The notes beneath the pieces are model-generated. The model was not told where the DNA came from, did not search any database, and saw only the letters and a program-made list of their open reading frames with translations. 32,000 bases of DNA from Nitrosotalea sp. (GTDB lineage Archaea; Thermoproteota; Nitrososphaeria; Nitrososphaerales; Nitrosopumilaceae), in the NCBI GenBank assembly GCA_050749405.1, contig JBOGRD010000004.1:1-32000 (forward strand), in the 5' to 3' direction. Positions 23,973-32,000 of this stretch are shown piece by piece (within the stretch, counting starts at the first letter, position 1; each line of letters begins with the position of its first letter). The translations under genes were made by a program, and so were the position numbers.

Positions 23973-25127
23973 ATGATTTTTTCACATATTTCTGACATAC
24001 ATCTTGGTTTTGTGCAATATCACTCGGAGGAACGTGAAGAAGACATTTACTCTGCGTTTAACCAAGCTGTGGACACTTCAATAAATGACCATGTCAGTTT
24101 TGTAATATTTGCTGGAGACATCTTTCATGTGCCAAACCCAAGCGGCAAGGCAATTGTCGTACTGGCAAATGCCCTGAAACTATTAAAACAGAATAACATC
24201 GAGTCATTTTTTATTTTAGGAGAGCATGACATCAGTAGAATAAGAGCAACTCCTGTGCCTTTTGTATACCACAATTTAGAATTTTCAAGATACATAGGGA
24301 ATGGCAAACCCATCGTGTACAAGGATATTCTCATAGTGGGATTTGACAAGAGACGAAAAAGTGAAATCCATACATTTGAGAGCGATTTTGCCACTGCTGA
24401 TCTAGCAACAAAGAATCACCAAGGACACAAGATATTGGTTTTACATCAAGGTATTTCTGAAATTAATAAATTTGCAGGAGAGTTAAATTCTACGGATCTG
24501 CCAAAGAACTTTACATATTATGCAATGGGTCATTTGCATGACCAAGAGCTAAAAAGATTCTCTCACCTAGGAGGACCCCTGGCATATCCAGGATCTATAG
24601 AAATGACATCAAGTGAAAGCATAAAGGATGCCCGGAAGGGATTCTACCAAGTGGACATTTCAGGTCCCGAAGCCATTCCAAGTTGGATAAAGCTTGACAC
24701 TAGACCCCAGATGTCTTCTAGAATCTCAATTGACAAACTTCCTGATGAGATTGATGCGCTCTCTGAGAAGATCAAGTCATGTAACAGAAAGCCAGTGGTT
24801 GAGATAAGAATAACTGGTGATATTTCGGATCCTAGATTTATTCAAACACAGATCTCTCGATTATCTGAACTTACTTTACGATGTTTTTGGAAACACATGT
24901 CATCTGAACAAAAAAATGGTGCCGTGTTCATTGAAAGACCAGTAAAAATAGAAGAAGAGATGCACAAGATTGCAAAAGACATTCTTGGTTCTACCGAGCT
25001 TGCGGATTTTGCCATAAATGAGCTATTGCCACTTCTCACAAAGGGAAGTATTGAGGAGGCAAATGCTGCAATCAATGAAAACTTTGTACAATTCAAAAAG
25101 GGATTGAGAAATGCTACGATCAGTTGA
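23973..25127 (+). CDS. mre11: Mre11 nuclease (calcineurin-like phosphoesterase)
   Basis: Contains MIFSHISDIHLG, FAGDIFH, LGEHD and GHLH. The ORF-track start (TTG 23964) is an alternative. ATG 23973 gives the usual Mre11 N-terminus. Confidence 0.9.
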   Translation: MIFSHISDIHLGFVQYHSEEREEDIYSAFNQAVDTSINDHVSFVIFAGDIFHVPNPSGKAIVVLANALKLLKQNNIESFFILGEHDISRIRATPVPFVYHNLEFSRYIGNGKPIVYKDILIVGFDKRRKSEIHTFESDFATADLATKNHQGHKILVLHQGISEINKFAGELNSTDLPKNFTYYAMGHLHDQELKRFSHLGGPLAYPGSIEMTSSESIKDARKGFYQVDISGPEAIPSWIKLDTRPQMSSRISIDKLPDEIDALSEKIKSCNRKPVVEIRITGDISDPRFIQTQISRLSELTLRCFWKHMSSEQKNGAVFIERPVKIEEEMHKIAKDILGSTELADFAINELLPLLTKGSIEEANAAINENFVQFKKGLRNATIS

Positions 25128-27189
25128 ATTAGCAAATTTTCTCTCTCATGTAAACACCAGACTAGAGTTTGATAGCGGAGTAACAGTCTTTGTTGGGCCA
25201 AACGGGGCTGGAAAGTCTAGCATAATAGATGCGATAACATTTGCATTGTTTGGAGAACATATTAGAAAATCTACAAAGGGATTACTTCGTAGAGGAAGCA
25301 GTCAGGCATATGCCAAAGTAGAGTTTTCCATAGGAAATAGACAGTTTGAGGCAGTCCGTAAGATAGACCCAAAGGGAACTGTATCAGCACAGCTTTACGA
25401 AAAAATCAATGAAGAATTAGTTCCACTTGCGGCAGGCGAAAGAAAACAATTTGGAGAATCCATGACACAGACAATAGAATCTCTAATAGGGCTTGATTTT
25501 GAGAAACTCAAGGTAGCATCCATTGTGCAACAAGGCGAACTGCAATCAATTATTGAGGCAGATCCGAAAAAATTCAAAGAACTTGTTAACGCAATAATTG
25601 GAATAGACAAGCTTGATACAGCATATGAAATTATGAAAAAAACCATTGATGCGTTTAGGATGTCTGTGAAGGCCAGACTGGACTATGACGATACCAGCAT
25701 AGAATTCCTTCAGAACAAGATTGATTCATTGTCAAAAGAGGTCAGGTCTTTAGAACCTCAAAAGAAGAAGCTGGAAGAAGAAAAAAGGATAGAAGAACAG
25801 GAGTTTTTCATACTACAGAGCAAAATAGAAAGTGACGCACCAAAAGAACTCAAGTCAAAGGAGATAGAAAAAAGAAAAGATGAACTTGGACTATATTTGA
25901 GAAACGCCGTTACATCCATCAAAAGAGAGATTGCTGAAAAAGAGAGAAAACTTGCTGAATGTTCTAGCAGTTTGCCAATTTTGTCAGTCAAACCACAGAT
26001 GGAGTATGAGACATGGCAAGTACAGCGCGACATGGAGAGAATACGAAATGAATCCAAGGAGATAGGTGAAGAAATAGCCAAGATAAAAGGACAGCAGGAG
26101 ATTGCAGGCAAGTTACAGATGATAGATGGAAAATGCCCTGTGTGCGATTCCAAAGTAGATCACATCAATCCCTTGTTTGAAGAAGAACATCTACGCATAG
26201 AACTTGAGACACTAAGAAAAAAAGGCGAGATTCTCGCTCAAGAAGAAGTTTCCAATCAAAACAAGAAGAAAGAGATGGATCTAAAAACTCAGCAGATCAT
26301 AAAGGCAGAAAGCATCCTGGCCTCAAACAACATCAAGAGCCAAGAGGATTTGACAGGACTAAAAGAAGAGATCATGAATTTGCAAACCAATATCAAGGAA
26401 GTTCCTCTTGAAGTTAGTACAACTGGAAATCTGACACAATTTGCAATAGATGAGTATTCAACTGATGCAATAAGATCAATAATGTCACTAATAGAAGAGA
26501 CGCGAGGTTTTGACGTTGTAAGCTTTAGAAACATCAAGTCAAAACTTGAACCGCACCGAAGACTTCTCAGTACATTAGACCAAGAACTAGGCGCAGTGAC
26601 CACTAGACTAAAGGATCACAAAGAAGAGTTTGAGAAGATTTCTCAGATATTAGGAGAGTTGCATGATGTGAGACAATATGTTTCAAGTCTTGAAGCTATT
26701 CGGGGTCAGATTTACAACAGGGATGGCCCTGTTGCCACAAGCCTTCGCTCATGGGCACTTGGGATGATATCACAAAAGGCCTCAGAGTACTTGACTACAT
26801 TTAACGTAAAAATTCAGAGAATCATTCTTGAAGACAAGGCAAGAGATATTGGCATCACATGCTATTCTGGTAATTCTACATTTGATTTAGAATCATTGAG
26901 TGGAGGTGAGAAGGTAAGTGTTGCGCTGGCATTACGTCTTGGCATGGCACACCTCATGGGTTCATCAAGTCTGAATTTCATCATTCTGGACGAGCCGACT
27001 ACACATTTGGATCAGGAGAGAAGAAAATCTCTTGTAAGTGTGCTCTCGCAAGCTTTTGAATCAAATGTGGACGCCATATCTCAGTTCATCATAATTACGC
27101 ACGATTCAGAGATCTTTGAAAACTCTAACATAGATGCAATATATGATTTCAAGTCAACGCCAGAAGGAACGCTGGTTACGCCAATTTAG
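25111..27189 (+). CDS. rad50: Rad50 SMC-like ATPase
   Basis: 692 aa with Walker A GPNGAGKSS, a long Lys/Glu-rich coiled coil, the central zinc hook CPVC, signature LSGGEKV and Walker B FIILDEPT. It overlaps the mre11 3' end by 17 nt. Confidence 0.9.
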   Translation: MLRSVELANFLSHVNTRLEFDSGVTVFVGPNGAGKSSIIDAITFALFGEHIRKSTKGLLRRGSSQAYAKVEFSIGNRQFEAVRKIDPKGTVSAQLYEKINEELVPLAAGERKQFGESMTQTIESLIGLDFEKLKVASIVQQGELQSIIEADPKKFKELVNAIIGIDKLDTAYEIMKKTIDAFRMSVKARLDYDDTSIEFLQNKIDSLSKEVRSLEPQKKKLEEEKRIEEQEFFILQSKIESDAPKELKSKEIEKRKDELGLYLRNAVTSIKREIAEKERKLAECSSSLPILSVKPQMEYETWQVQRDMERIRNESKEIGEEIAKIKGQQEIAGKLQMIDGKCPVCDSKVDHINPLFEEEHLRIELETLRKKGEILAQEEVSNQNKKKEMDLKTQQIIKAESILASNNIKSQEDLTGLKEEIMNLQTNIKEVPLEVSTTGNLTQFAIDEYSTDAIRSIMSLIEETRGFDVVSFRNIKSKLEPHRRLLSTLDQELGAVTTRLKDHKEEFEKISQILGELHDVRQYVSSLEAIRGQIYNRDGPVATSLRSWALGMISQKASEYLTTFNVKIQRIILEDKARDIGITCYSGNSTFDLESLSGGEKVSVALALRLGMAHLMGSSSLNFIILDEPTTHLDQERRKSLVSVLSQAFESNVDAISQFIIITHDSEIFENSNIDAIYDFKSTPEGTLVTPI

Positions 27190-27674
27190 CCGCCAGTCAG
27201 TTTTGCAAATTTTTCGTTCTTGCAAAGGCTTTCCATAAATTTCAAGTTAGACAGTGCCACTACTGCCGAATCTCTTACCTGCTCGCTTGAATCCTCAAGT
27301 GCTTTTTGCAATGTCTCTTTTGCATCTTGAGAGCCAATCACACCAAGTGCAACAGCGGCTTCATGTCTAACAAATAAACTAGGATCGTTTCTGGTTGCAT
27401 CTTCGAGTGGAGATATTCCACTTCTCAGACACATCTGTCCTAGAGAAAATGCCGCCTCGTGTCTTACCAATTCGTTAGAGTCCACCTTTAACACATTTGC
27501 GATATATGGAACAACGTCTTCTCCACCCATGTCTACCAGAATACATACTGCTCTGCACCTAATTACAAAGTCTTCATTATCCAACAGGTTGACAAAGAAT
27601 TCCTTATCTTTTTTTTCATATCTTTCTTCCATTTCAGACAATAGGTCAAGACGGCCTTTAGGAATAAGTTCCAT
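27186..27674 (-). CDS. HEAT-repeat protein resembling one half of deoxyhypusine hydroxylase (two His-Glu motifs)
   Basis: 162 aa from ATG 27674 (GTG 27680 is an alternative). Four HEAT-like repeats. HE motifs LVRHEAAFSLGQM and FVRHEAAVALGVIGS lie 32 aa apart. A TATA-like AAATAAATAT lies about 25 nt upstream of ATG 27674. Confidence 0.6.
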   Translation of the reverse strand: MELIPKGRLDLLSEMEERYEKKDKEFFVNLLDNEDFVIRCRAVCILVDMGGEDVVPYIANVLKVDSNELVRHEAAFSLGQMCLRSGISPLEDATRNDPSLFVRHEAAVALGVIGSQDAKETLQKALEDSSEQVRDSAVVALSNLKFMESLCKNEKFAKLTGG

Positions 27675-27682
27675 GCACACAA

Positions 27683-27704
27683 TTTTATAATCGCATATTT
27701 ATTT
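27683..27704. promoter_or_regulatory. two interleaved TATA-like boxes in a 34-40 bp divergent spacer
   Basis: TTTTATAA (27683-27690) lies about 28 nt upstream of ATG 27715 (+). AAATAAATAT (minus strand, 27695-27704) lies about 25 nt upstream of ATG 27674 (-). This implies two leaderless mRNAs with crossed promoters. Confidence 0.4.
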
Positions 27705-27714
27705 CAATGATTGT

Positions 27715-28173
27715 ATGAGCCGATTACGATATTGGAAATTAACAATAGAGGATCTCAGAAAAGCACAGTATGATCCAAAAAAAGTACTAATCTGGGAAAT
27801 AAAATGCACCCGGGATGACCAGGGCACACATTTTGGAGTTTTCTGTTACAGAAACGGTACTCCATGGGATTACACACTCATCCATGGCATTGTCTTTTAT
27901 TACAACCAGATAACTCAACAAGAAACAGAAAAGATAACTGATTTTCTCAAGAGCAAGTTTGGCGGCGAGCCAGCAGAAAAAGGAAGTAGAATATTTTTGA
28001 AGAATTCAAGGGAGATTTATGAGCCAAATGAGATAGCAGATCTTGCCGTTCAGATAGGGGACGCCTTCGAGGTAAGTACAGAACTAACGGTGGAATTGGA
28101 GAATTTTACAGTCCCTGAACAGGAACAAAGCAACTTACCTTCAAGCAAGATTCTCCCCATACCTGGCAAGTAG
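27715..28173 (+). CDS. hypothetical protein
   Basis: 152-aa ORF with an ATG start and coding-like composition. No family recognised. Confidence 0.5.
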   Translation: MSRLRYWKLTIEDLRKAQYDPKKVLIWEIKCTRDDQGTHFGVFCYRNGTPWDYTLIHGIVFYYNQITQQETEKITDFLKSKFGGEPAEKGSRIFLKNSREIYEPNEIADLAVQIGDAFEVSTELTVELENFTVPEQEQSNLPSSKILPIPGK

Positions 28174-28207
28174 ATAAATAGGGTTTTGACGAATTCTAAG
28201 ATCTCTG

Positions 28208-29005
28208 ATGGATATGTCAATGACGATCATGGATCATCTGGAGGAACTAAGAAAGCGAGTCTTCAAGATGATCATTGCAATAGGAATTGTCACTTTCTTC
28301 ATTTTAGGATTCCATTTGACCCCGTTTATCTACAATGGGATTCATCTGTACTATCCAACTTTTAGTCCTTTCAACAACATTGCAGCGCAAGCCACTGTTG
28401 TCATGAAGCATCATCTGCTTATGCCTTCAGTACAATTAATTCAGACAGCCCCAGGGCAAGCATTTTTTGCGCAGTTCTATGTTGCGGTTCTGCTCGGTGT
28501 TGCCATAAGTATGCCTGTCATAATAAAAGAGTTCATGGGGTTTCTGATACCAGCACTTGGCAAGAAAGAGGCACAAATAATAAAATCTGCCACATTTCCC
28601 GCAATTGGCCTTTTTGTAGCAGGTTGCTTGTTTTCATACTTGGTTGTTACGCCATACACGTTAGCATTTCTCTACAAATATGGTGAATCTGCAGGTCTCC
28701 TTACTTTTCTTAACGTAGTAGACTTCATCACATTTGTATTGCAGTTTGCACTTGCATTTGGAATATCATTTCAGCTTCCGCTCATAATGTATGCGGTAAC
28801 TGCTTCTGGAATGGTCGATGAAAAATTCTGGAGAAACAACATAAAGTGGGCCGTAATTGCCATGGTGGTTTTGGGAGCTGCTATAACACCAGATGGCAGT
28901 GGCGTCACAATGTGGTTTGTTGCAGGACCGTTGATAGGACTATATCTTATAGGCATGTTCCTCTCAGAGAGGCACACAAACCAGATTGCAACACTTAAAT
29001 CTTGA
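28208..29005 (+). CDS. tatC: twin-arginine translocase subunit TatC
   Basis: 265 aa with the N-terminal MDHLEELRKRV and six hydrophobic segments in the typical TatC layout. Confidence 0.9.
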   Translation: MDMSMTIMDHLEELRKRVFKMIIAIGIVTFFILGFHLTPFIYNGIHLYYPTFSPFNNIAAQATVVMKHHLLMPSVQLIQTAPGQAFFAQFYVAVLLGVAISMPVIIKEFMGFLIPALGKKEAQIIKSATFPAIGLFVAGCLFSYLVVTPYTLAFLYKYGESAGLLTFLNVVDFITFVLQFALAFGISFQLPLIMYAVTASGMVDEKFWRNNIKWAVIAMVVLGAAITPDGSGVTMWFVAGPLIGLYLIGMFLSERHTNQIATLKS

Positions 29006-29026
29006 TCTGCCGCATTAAGAGCACTC

Positions 29027-29203
29027 ATGGCATATGAGAATGTAATAATTATCGTTGTAGTTATCGCGATACTTATTTTTGGAGTAAAAAAGATCCCAGA
29101 GTTAGCTAGAACATTTGGCAAGGCAAAAGGGGAATACGAGAAGGGAAGAATCGAGGCAGACAAGGAACTAAAAGAGTTCAAAGACAAAGAAGAACTCAAG
29201 TAA
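29027..29203 (+). CDS. tatA: twin-arginine translocase subunit TatA/E
   Basis: 58-aa ORF not in the track: MAYENVIIIVVVIAILIFGVKKIPELARTFGKAKGEYEKGRIEADKELKEFKDKEELK. It has one TM helix, the hinge FG-x-KK-(I/L)PE motif and an amphipathic charged tail. It starts 21 nt after the tatC stop. Confidence 0.85.
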   Translation: MAYENVIIIVVVIAILIFGVKKIPELARTFGKAKGEYEKGRIEADKELKEFKDKEELK

Positions 29204-29210
29204 AGAACGC

Positions 29211-29216
29211 TTTTTT
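29211..29216 (+). terminator. T6 tract after tatA
   Basis: TTTTTT lies 8 nt after the tatA stop codon. Confidence 0.3.
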
Positions 29217-29240
29217 ACCCATACAAAAAGAGATATTCTA

Positions 29241-30332
29241 TTGATAAAAAGATCAGAGATTCAAAAAATAGTAAAAGAGTACTCGGATCTTTCCATAGGT
29301 GCACTTGGCAGCCATTCCGCCCTAGAAATAATGGATGGTGCAAAAGATGAAGATTTTAGAACGATAGTAGTGTGCCAAAAAGGAAGGGAAGTTCCGTACA
29401 AAAGATTTTCGCGAATTGCCGACGAAATAATCATAGTTAATAAATTCAAAGACATGCTCTTGCCTAAGATTCAGTCAAAACTTAGGTCATCAGATACCAT
29501 AGTAGTTCCCCATAGGGCTCTTACTGCATATCTTGGGTATGGGCCAGTAGAAAACAAGTTTATGGTACCATTGTTTGGAAATCGCGCACTCTTTCAGGCA
29601 GAAGAACGCGCACATAAGAAAAACCAATACTATTTGCTACAAAAAGCCAAGATAAGACTACCTAGAATCTTCAGAGACCCAAAAGACATAGACAGACCTG
29701 TCATAGTGAAGGTTCAAGAAAAGACACGTAAGTTGGAAAGGGCTTTCTTCATAGCAACATCTTATGCGGATTACAAAGATAAGACTGAAAAGAAGATCAG
29801 GCAGGGATTGATATCAAGGGATGCACTAAAGGTTGCAAGCATTGAAGAATTCATAGTAGGTACCTACTTTAATTTCAATTATTTTCACACACCAATATCA
29901 GACGAGGTGGATTTTTTGGGAATTGAAAGAAGGCTACAGACAAACGTTCACGACTTTGTTTCATTGCCAGCAAAGCAGCAACTAGAGACAAACATAGAAT
30001 TGCAAAATATAGAGGTCGGTCACACGCCTGCCAGCATACGCGAATCATTGCTAGAAAAGGTAATAGAGGTAGGAGACAGGTTTGTTTCAGCAGTAAAAAA
30101 AGAATACCCTCCAGGAATCATAGGTCCATTTTCACTTCAGAGTGTAATCACAAAAGACTTGGAGATATCAGTATACGATGTATCTCTTAGAGTTCCCGGC
30201 AATCCGATTCTTGCAACTACCAGTCCCTATACAAAGTACAAGTATGGGACAACTTTTGGGGTAGGCAGAAGAATAGCAATGGAGATAAGAAAAGCCCAGC
30301 AAGAAGGAAAACTCGAAGAGATAGTAACCTAG
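29241..30332 (+). CDS. purP: 5-formaminoimidazole-4-carboxamide ribonucleotide (FAICAR) synthetase PurP, ATP-grasp
   Basis: 363 aa with a TTG start. IGALGSHSALEIMDGAKDEDFRTIVVC plus a C-terminal ATP-grasp-like half, typical of archaeal PurP. Confidence 0.8.
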   Translation: MIKRSEIQKIVKEYSDLSIGALGSHSALEIMDGAKDEDFRTIVVCQKGREVPYKRFSRIADEIIIVNKFKDMLLPKIQSKLRSSDTIVVPHRALTAYLGYGPVENKFMVPLFGNRALFQAEERAHKKNQYYLLQKAKIRLPRIFRDPKDIDRPVIVKVQEKTRKLERAFFIATSYADYKDKTEKKIRQGLISRDALKVASIEEFIVGTYFNFNYFHTPISDEVDFLGIERRLQTNVHDFVSLPAKQQLETNIELQNIEVGHTPASIRESLLEKVIEVGDRFVSAVKKEYPPGIIGPFSLQSVITKDLEISVYDVSLRVPGNPILATTSPYTKYKYGTTFGVGRRIAMEIRKAQQEGKLEEIVT

Positions 30333-30754
30333 GCTTCCATTTTTTCTTTTAAAAGATTTTTTCTGACAAGTATCGGTATATTGTAAAACGATGCCAGTGC
30401 TATGGCATCTGAAGCTCTGTAGTTTCGCATGACAAGATCATTTTTTCCTGTAAAGTAAAGATTGGCACGCAGTACACTTCCGCTTTCATATACCTTTATC
30501 CTAACAAGAACTAGTTCGTTGACTTCAGCAATTTCCTCAATCATGTTGTATATGGTAGGTATTGCCCCTCTTTCTCCTTCAATAAAATTTGTAATGTGTC
30601 TTGCAACCTCGCCTGAAAAAGCTCTTATGTGAAATTCTTTACCATCATCAGCTCGTAGTATAACCAGCCCTTCTACTCCATATGGATCAATAAAACCAAC
30701 ATAAGTGATCTTAGTCTCGGCATAATCAGAATCTTGAGGCTCGTCTATCTTCAC
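30329..30754 (-). CDS. bifunctional-nuclease (DUF151/BFN) domain protein
   Basis: 141 aa with a GTG start. Contains LVILRADDGKEFHIRAFSGEVARHI, PTIYNMIEEI, VRIKVYESG and ASDAIALASFYNIPILV. Confidence 0.65.
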   Translation of the reverse strand: MKIDEPQDSDYAETKITYVGFIDPYGVEGLVILRADDGKEFHIRAFSGEVARHITNFIEGERGAIPTIYNMIEEIAEVNELVLVRIKVYESGSVLRANLYFTGKNDLVMRNYRASDAIALASFYNIPILVRKNLLKEKMEA

Positions 30755-30822
30755 GGCTATTTTCTAGCGAGCATCATTGCAGATAAATACTTTGAAAAAA
30801 ACAGATAGAATTTAATGTCACC

Positions 30823-31683
30823 GTGTCTCGTTTTTACTCGTTGGAAAAACAGAGCACAATACGTCGCTCGCATAGAGTGTTGATTATTGTTGGATTTTTA
30901 GCAATAGCAGTGTCGTTTCTTGCCTATGCAAGAAACGATGAGATCACCATAACTCCAGCAGCCATGCCAGCACTGCAGAATTTAGCAGTAGCAACATATG
31001 TCATTTTGTTCATGTCGTTTGGTGCAATAGGATGGGGCCTGTACAAATTTTACAAGGCCAAGATAGAGCTTCCTGATTCATCAACGACTTCAATAATTTC
31101 TAATGCCATAAACAACAAGCGAGCAAAACAGATCTTTATCATTAGTGCCATAGGATATGGAATATTTTTTGGTCTGACATCTGGAATAATCTTATACAAA
31201 CCAGAGATCAGTGCAACTGACTATGGTTTTCCAGCTCCGCCACACATTGAACTCTCCCCTTGTTGCGATTTACCAGGATACATGCCAATGATATTTGCCT
31301 TTTTCACAGAACATGTAGGATTACAAATTGTGCCATTAAATTTGGTTCTTCTTGTCGTAGTATCCTTTCTAGTTGGATTGAATTTTGCCCTCTCTGCAAC
31401 TACATTTACAGTGGCAAGAGGAGTAGGAAAGTTTGGTACATTTGGTGCTGTAACAGGACTCTTTGTAGGATGTCCAACCTGTGCTGGCACTGCCTTTACG
31501 ATGCTTTTTGGCCTTGGAGCTAGTGCAACGGGTGTGACATTGTTTTTGACCAGTTATGAAGCCCAACTGCAAACCATATTCATAGCTGCTTCAATCCCTG
31601 TGTTAATTGCCACTCCATACATCATGGCAAGAAAGATAAGAAAAACTCAAAACGGAAGTTGCGCATTAGAGCCTAAGCAGTAG
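30823..31683 (+). CDS. polytopic membrane protein with vicinal-Cys (SPCCDLPG) and GCPTCAG motifs; function unknown
   Basis: 286 aa with a GTG start and about 6-7 hydrophobic helices. Both Cys motifs lie at or within predicted helices. Confidence 0.55.
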   Translation: MSRFYSLEKQSTIRRSHRVLIIVGFLAIAVSFLAYARNDEITITPAAMPALQNLAVATYVILFMSFGAIGWGLYKFYKAKIELPDSSTTSIISNAINNKRAKQIFIISAIGYGIFFGLTSGIILYKPEISATDYGFPAPPHIELSPCCDLPGYMPMIFAFFTEHVGLQIVPLNLVLLVVVSFLVGLNFALSATTFTVARGVGKFGTFGAVTGLFVGCPTCAGTAFTMLFGLGASATGVTLFLTSYEAQLQTIFIAASIPVLIATPYIMARKIRKTQNGSCALEPKQ

Positions 31684-31963
31684 ATTTTGTGACCTGTGGC
31701 ATTTTCCAGTCACCAATATCATAGCCATCTTGTCGCAAATATTTGAGAGTAAGCTTGTAGACTAGCTCGTCGTTGCCAGAGACCTCTAGAATTTCTTTCC
31801 ATGTGACCATTCCTGTTTGCTCTATCTTCTTTTCAAGTTGAGAAGAGATAGATTTAGCTATTTCTCTGCATTGATTAAATGTTTTACCATTTTTGTAAGC
31901 TCGGGTCCTTGAATCACAGGTATCCATAGTTCTCAGAGTACAATACTCAGATAAAAAGTTCAA
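31673..31963 (-). CDS. hypothetical protein
   Basis: 96-aa ORF with an ATG start. No family recognised. It overlaps the convergent membrane-protein gene by 11 nt. Confidence 0.45.
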   Translation of the reverse strand: MNFLSEYCTLRTMDTCDSRTRAYKNGKTFNQCREIAKSISSQLEKKIEQTGMVTWKEILEVSGNDELVYKLTLKYLRQDGYDIGDWKMPQVTKSTA

Positions 31964-32000
31964 TTTTTTCCACCTGTTGATAGAAGAGTTTTAAACCAAA

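Noticed and set aside
28771-29199. 142-aa minus-strand ORF
   Set aside because: It is antisense to the tatC 3' end and to the 58-aa tatA ORF, which has the canonical TatA pattern.

Overview
This window is a dense, almost fully coding chromosomal segment. It holds about 42 protein genes on both strands, is AT-rich, has very short spacers, and many neighbouring genes overlap by 4-20 nt. The gene content is archaeal housekeeping: Pth2, aEF-1beta, Cdc48, RNAP subunits E'/Spt4, NurA-HerA-Mre11-Rad50, GTP-dependent dephospho-CoA kinase, PurP, geranylgeranyl reductase, TatC/TatA, H+-pyrophosphatase, heme O synthase, NadC/NadA/aspartate dehydrogenase, and proline dehydrogenase plus P5C dehydrogenase. 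This content, a membrane-anchored double-cupredoxin protein and the low GC suggest a marine ammonia-oxidising thaumarchaeon (Nitrosopumilus-like); that assignment is inference only. I found no rRNA, tRNA, CRISPR array, transposase/integrase or obvious island boundary. Most genes appear to have a TATA-like box about 25-30 nt upstream of the start codon, which would make their mRNAs leaderless. Items worth a second look: (1) a 164-aa HEAT-repeat protein that looks like one half of eukaryotic deoxyhypusine hydroxylase, with two His-Glu motifs at the right spacing; (2) a canonical-looking C/D box sRNA in the 3' UTR of the dephospho-CoA kinase gene; (3) three genes below the 60-aa ORF-track cutoff, namely TatA, a four-CxxC Zn-ribbon upstream of aEF-1beta, and a 33-aa classical C2H2 zinc-finger miniprotein; (4) a radical-SAM/SPASM-like gene whose 5' end carries a frame-breaking 25-bp tandem duplication and lacks the first cluster cysteine, lying next to a methyltransferase fragment; (5) several perfect palindromes in divergent promoter regions. 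All family assignments come from motif recognition by eye. No database search was run.
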